DNA of 55,868 nucleotides, filler included, from Platydemus manokwari (taxonomy: Eukaryota): assembly GCA_037951405.1 (NCBI GenBank). It is 5 parts of 5 records of this genome, joined end to end, with 100 filler letters (N's around TTAATTAATTAA, not from the genome) between each part and the next. Parts side by side here need not be neighbours in the genome. Positions count along the whole stretch, not along the records: positions 46,457 to 55,868 come from JBBMOY011252985.1; 4 more parts are not named here. The stretch is one strand, 5' to 3'. The notes under the pieces are model-generated. The model was not told the DNA's origin, did no database searches, and saw nothing but the letters and a program-made list of their open reading frames with translations. Positions 53,301 through 55,868 of the stretch are shown one piece after another. How positions within the stretch are numbered: the first letter of the stretch is position 1; every line of letters starts with the position of its first letter. The position numbers and the translations under genes were made by a program.

Positions 53301-55249
53301 CCAACTTTAATCACAAATCAAAGTCACATAACATCTTTTCACCACAGACCCATGTTCTCAGCCGATTAAATTGACACGGATATTTATCATAATCGTCAAA
53401 AATCATTGATATATTTATCGATTTAATTCATAAATCTCACTTATTCGAAGACTGATATACACCTTTGACTTCCTTATTTGAATTTTCTATTCTAAATGTT
53501 CGACTGCTGTTAGTGTCTTTGGAGTCTGAGAAAAATATAAATATTTATTTGTTTCCATGGTTACGTGATAAAAACAGAATCGATTTTCAAAATTCACAAT
53601 AATTGTCAGATTTCGACCGAGTTTTAATAGATAAACAATTTTAATGAATTGAGGAAAAAACTCAAAATAGTTGAAGGAGCTTGATCGGATTCAATTATAA
53701 TTATCGTTATCGATACCAGATTACTTATAGAAAATGTATCCATAGTAACGGCATGGAGTATTGAGTTAAATTTAGCTCACTACCAGCATTGATTAATTTT
53801 GGTGTCGTTCATGAGTGGATTTCGAAATATCAAACTGAAATGTTGACACACAAACAAATCCATGTAAACAAAACCATTGAATTAAATCCACTTACAAATT
53901 GCAGTGCATATAAATATATTAGAATTTTTAAAGTAGACAAATCAATACGAATACCACTAATAATAGACTGTCGAATATATGTGAAATATCGATTAGATTT
54001 TTCTAAATGTTGAATCTGTAAGATCGTTAGGCTATTTAATCAAATATCGTGTGATCATAATCCCAAAGACAAATTATAGTGTGTTTATATCACAAGATAA
54101 TGGATTTGATTTTGTCAAAACATGACAAAATGATTTTTGTAAGACTTCTCGGTTACGTATGCCCAATTAATGATCGTTTTTTTTGAAAAAATTATCAAAT
54201 AAGTAGAAGAAATCATCATATAATATAGCGATTACGTGTATTCATTTCATATTTTATTTTATAATGAAGTGCACTCAAATCTCTATGGTGACATAACAGG
54301 AATAAAATATTAAAGAAAATTATCCGATAACACTTTTAAAAGAAATTTATTTTTAAAAATTTTATATTTAAAAGGAGAACAGATTGACTTAACAGTCGAC
54401 AAACCAAAAATATATGAAATAAAAATAATAGGAATTATAATTCGCCTGAGGCTGATATCACTTAATCGGTTCCGAAAAACTTGTCATATTAATGGAATTT
54501 CGAAAAAATGTAATTAAAATTAACAGCAGATAAAAATTTCATTAAAAATTAAAATCGGCCGTTCCGACTTATCCTAGATTCTGTTATAACAAGGAGTGGT
54601 TTTTATCATCAGTCATGATTAGTCGAACTGGAACTGCCAATCTATTTTTCAATATTTTCAATTCACGTGATAATCTAATCGCATATGTTACAGAAATTAT
54701 AGCACGATATTAACCCAGGTGATATTAACCCGGTACAACTGCAATACCAACTAAATAACACTAAGCCTCTCGGTGCAATTCGAATGTTTATTTTTATAAA
54801 AAAAATTTATGCCAATGACAGATGATTAAATGAATCCGGGACTGAAGGAGAAATTTTATACAATATTCAAGCTCGCTACCCATGTTTCGCTTATATTTTA
54901 TGCTATCTTACTAAAACCCATTTAAAAACAACAAGGTGCTGCTCATCACAACTCCATTGATGATAAAATTTGAAAAAACCTGAATTCTGTGATCCAGCAC
55001 GAAATGTTCTATTACCATGGTTACTGAGTTCTTCCATATGTGAAAAAAATTCCAACACAAATATATCAATATTGATCAAAAGATTGGTCGATATCTGAAT
55101 GTGGCTGGAATTCAGAACGAGCATCAGTTCCTTGAAGTCTTCAAGCACCTTGGGAAAACTTTTTCGAAAAACATGAATGACAGCAATGAAATTATGCTTC
55201 ACATTGTCACGATTGGTTGTAGCATCGGGAGAGTAATCAAAAATAAACT
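50343..55249 (-). CDS. CAMSAP: CAMSAP/patronin-like microtubule minus-end binding protein, internal exons
   Basis: The exon at 55249-~55016 resembles the end of the CAMSAP CH domain (..NLLINIDIFVLEFFSHME). Exons 51955-51842 and 51788-50343 include LRLNLKRQEIEGNRRQAQQQLAKERQALSDRVF (CC1-like) and SLNQLKSEISKL (CC2-like). Small exons near 53525-53463 and 52833-52570 have unresolved phase. No CKK domain was seen. Confidence 0.65.
53551..53564. promoter_or_regulatory. RFX X-box candidate in a CAMSAP intron
   Basis: GTTTCCATGGTTAC. Confidence 0.45.
53736..53749. promoter_or_regulatory. RFX X-box candidate in a CAMSAP intron
   Basis: GTATCCATAGTAAC fits GTHNYY-AT-RRNAAC. Confidence 0.45.
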
Positions 55250-55682
55250 CTACAAATATAAATGAAAATTATAAACCTTTACACCATCAAATTAAAATTT
55301 GAAATGTTGAATTTGTTGAATTTTTCGTTTCACATAAAATATTTTTTCTTTTCTTTAAATGAATTGAAATCCTGATTACAGATAAAATTTTCTAATTTTA
55401 TTGCTCGAAATCTAATAGGTGGATTAATAATGACGAGCTGTAGGCTTTCTGATTATTCAAAGAAAGTGAATAAAGAAAGACACAAATTAGCGTACTGTTC
55501 ACTAATAGGCACCGTGAATCCACATAAAGTACAAAGAGAACTCGATGAAAATTGATAAGTGATAATATTTTGTTTTGATGGTGATTGAAAGACCAGTTCA
55601 TCGGAAGATTAAATGTAATTAATATATTGACGGGTTAAATCCATCATCAAAACAAAAATAAAATCGATAATCAAATAAGCAT

Positions 55683-55807
55683 ATGAGCACTTGATTATGA
55701 AAGTGGTATAAGTCATTTCAACCTTTCAAAACCAAATTTCCATTTAAAAATGGGAAAATAAATTTCACAATCATATTAAATGCTGATTTAGCGGCGCTAA
55801 TTAATTG
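55683..55807 (-). repeat. Repeat, inverted relative to 1-123
   Basis: ATGAGCACTTGATTATGAAAG..GGCGCTAATTAATTG. Confidence 0.95.
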
Positions 55808-55868
55808 TCAAAATATTTCATTCCATAATACACAAATATTTTTTAATTCTTTAACATGCAAATCCCTT

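Overview
Very AT-rich eukaryotic nuclear DNA with many 44-55 nt GT-AG introns. The style suggests a triclad flatworm (planarian), but that is inference. The window is not one contiguous locus: four identical 100-bp spacers (44 N + TTAATTAATTAA + 44 N) join five segments, three of them about 11 kb, and there is one ordinary N gap. Genes assembled by hand: the 3' exon of a tau-tubulin kinase (-); the 3' part of ZSWIM8 (-); an apparently complete 10-exon gene with a C-terminal nucleoside-phosphorylase (PNP/UDP) fold (-); the 5' half of a MATE/SLC47 transporter (+); and the middle of a CAMSAP/patronin gene (-). Mobile DNA: two mariner remnants, a degraded Gypsy pol and two related LTR-like ends with conserved RNA stems. 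Most interesting signals: (i) two candidate microexons of 11 and 10 nt in the last ZSWIM8 intron that keep frame only together, with an approximately 20-bp long-range duplex looping out the second; (ii) a cluster of in-frame and stop-introducing microexon candidates in the PNP-fold gene; (iii) RFX X-boxes inside CAMSAP; (iv) an approximately 125-bp inverted repeat at the two ends of the window. No database search was run; all assignments come from motifs recognised by eye.
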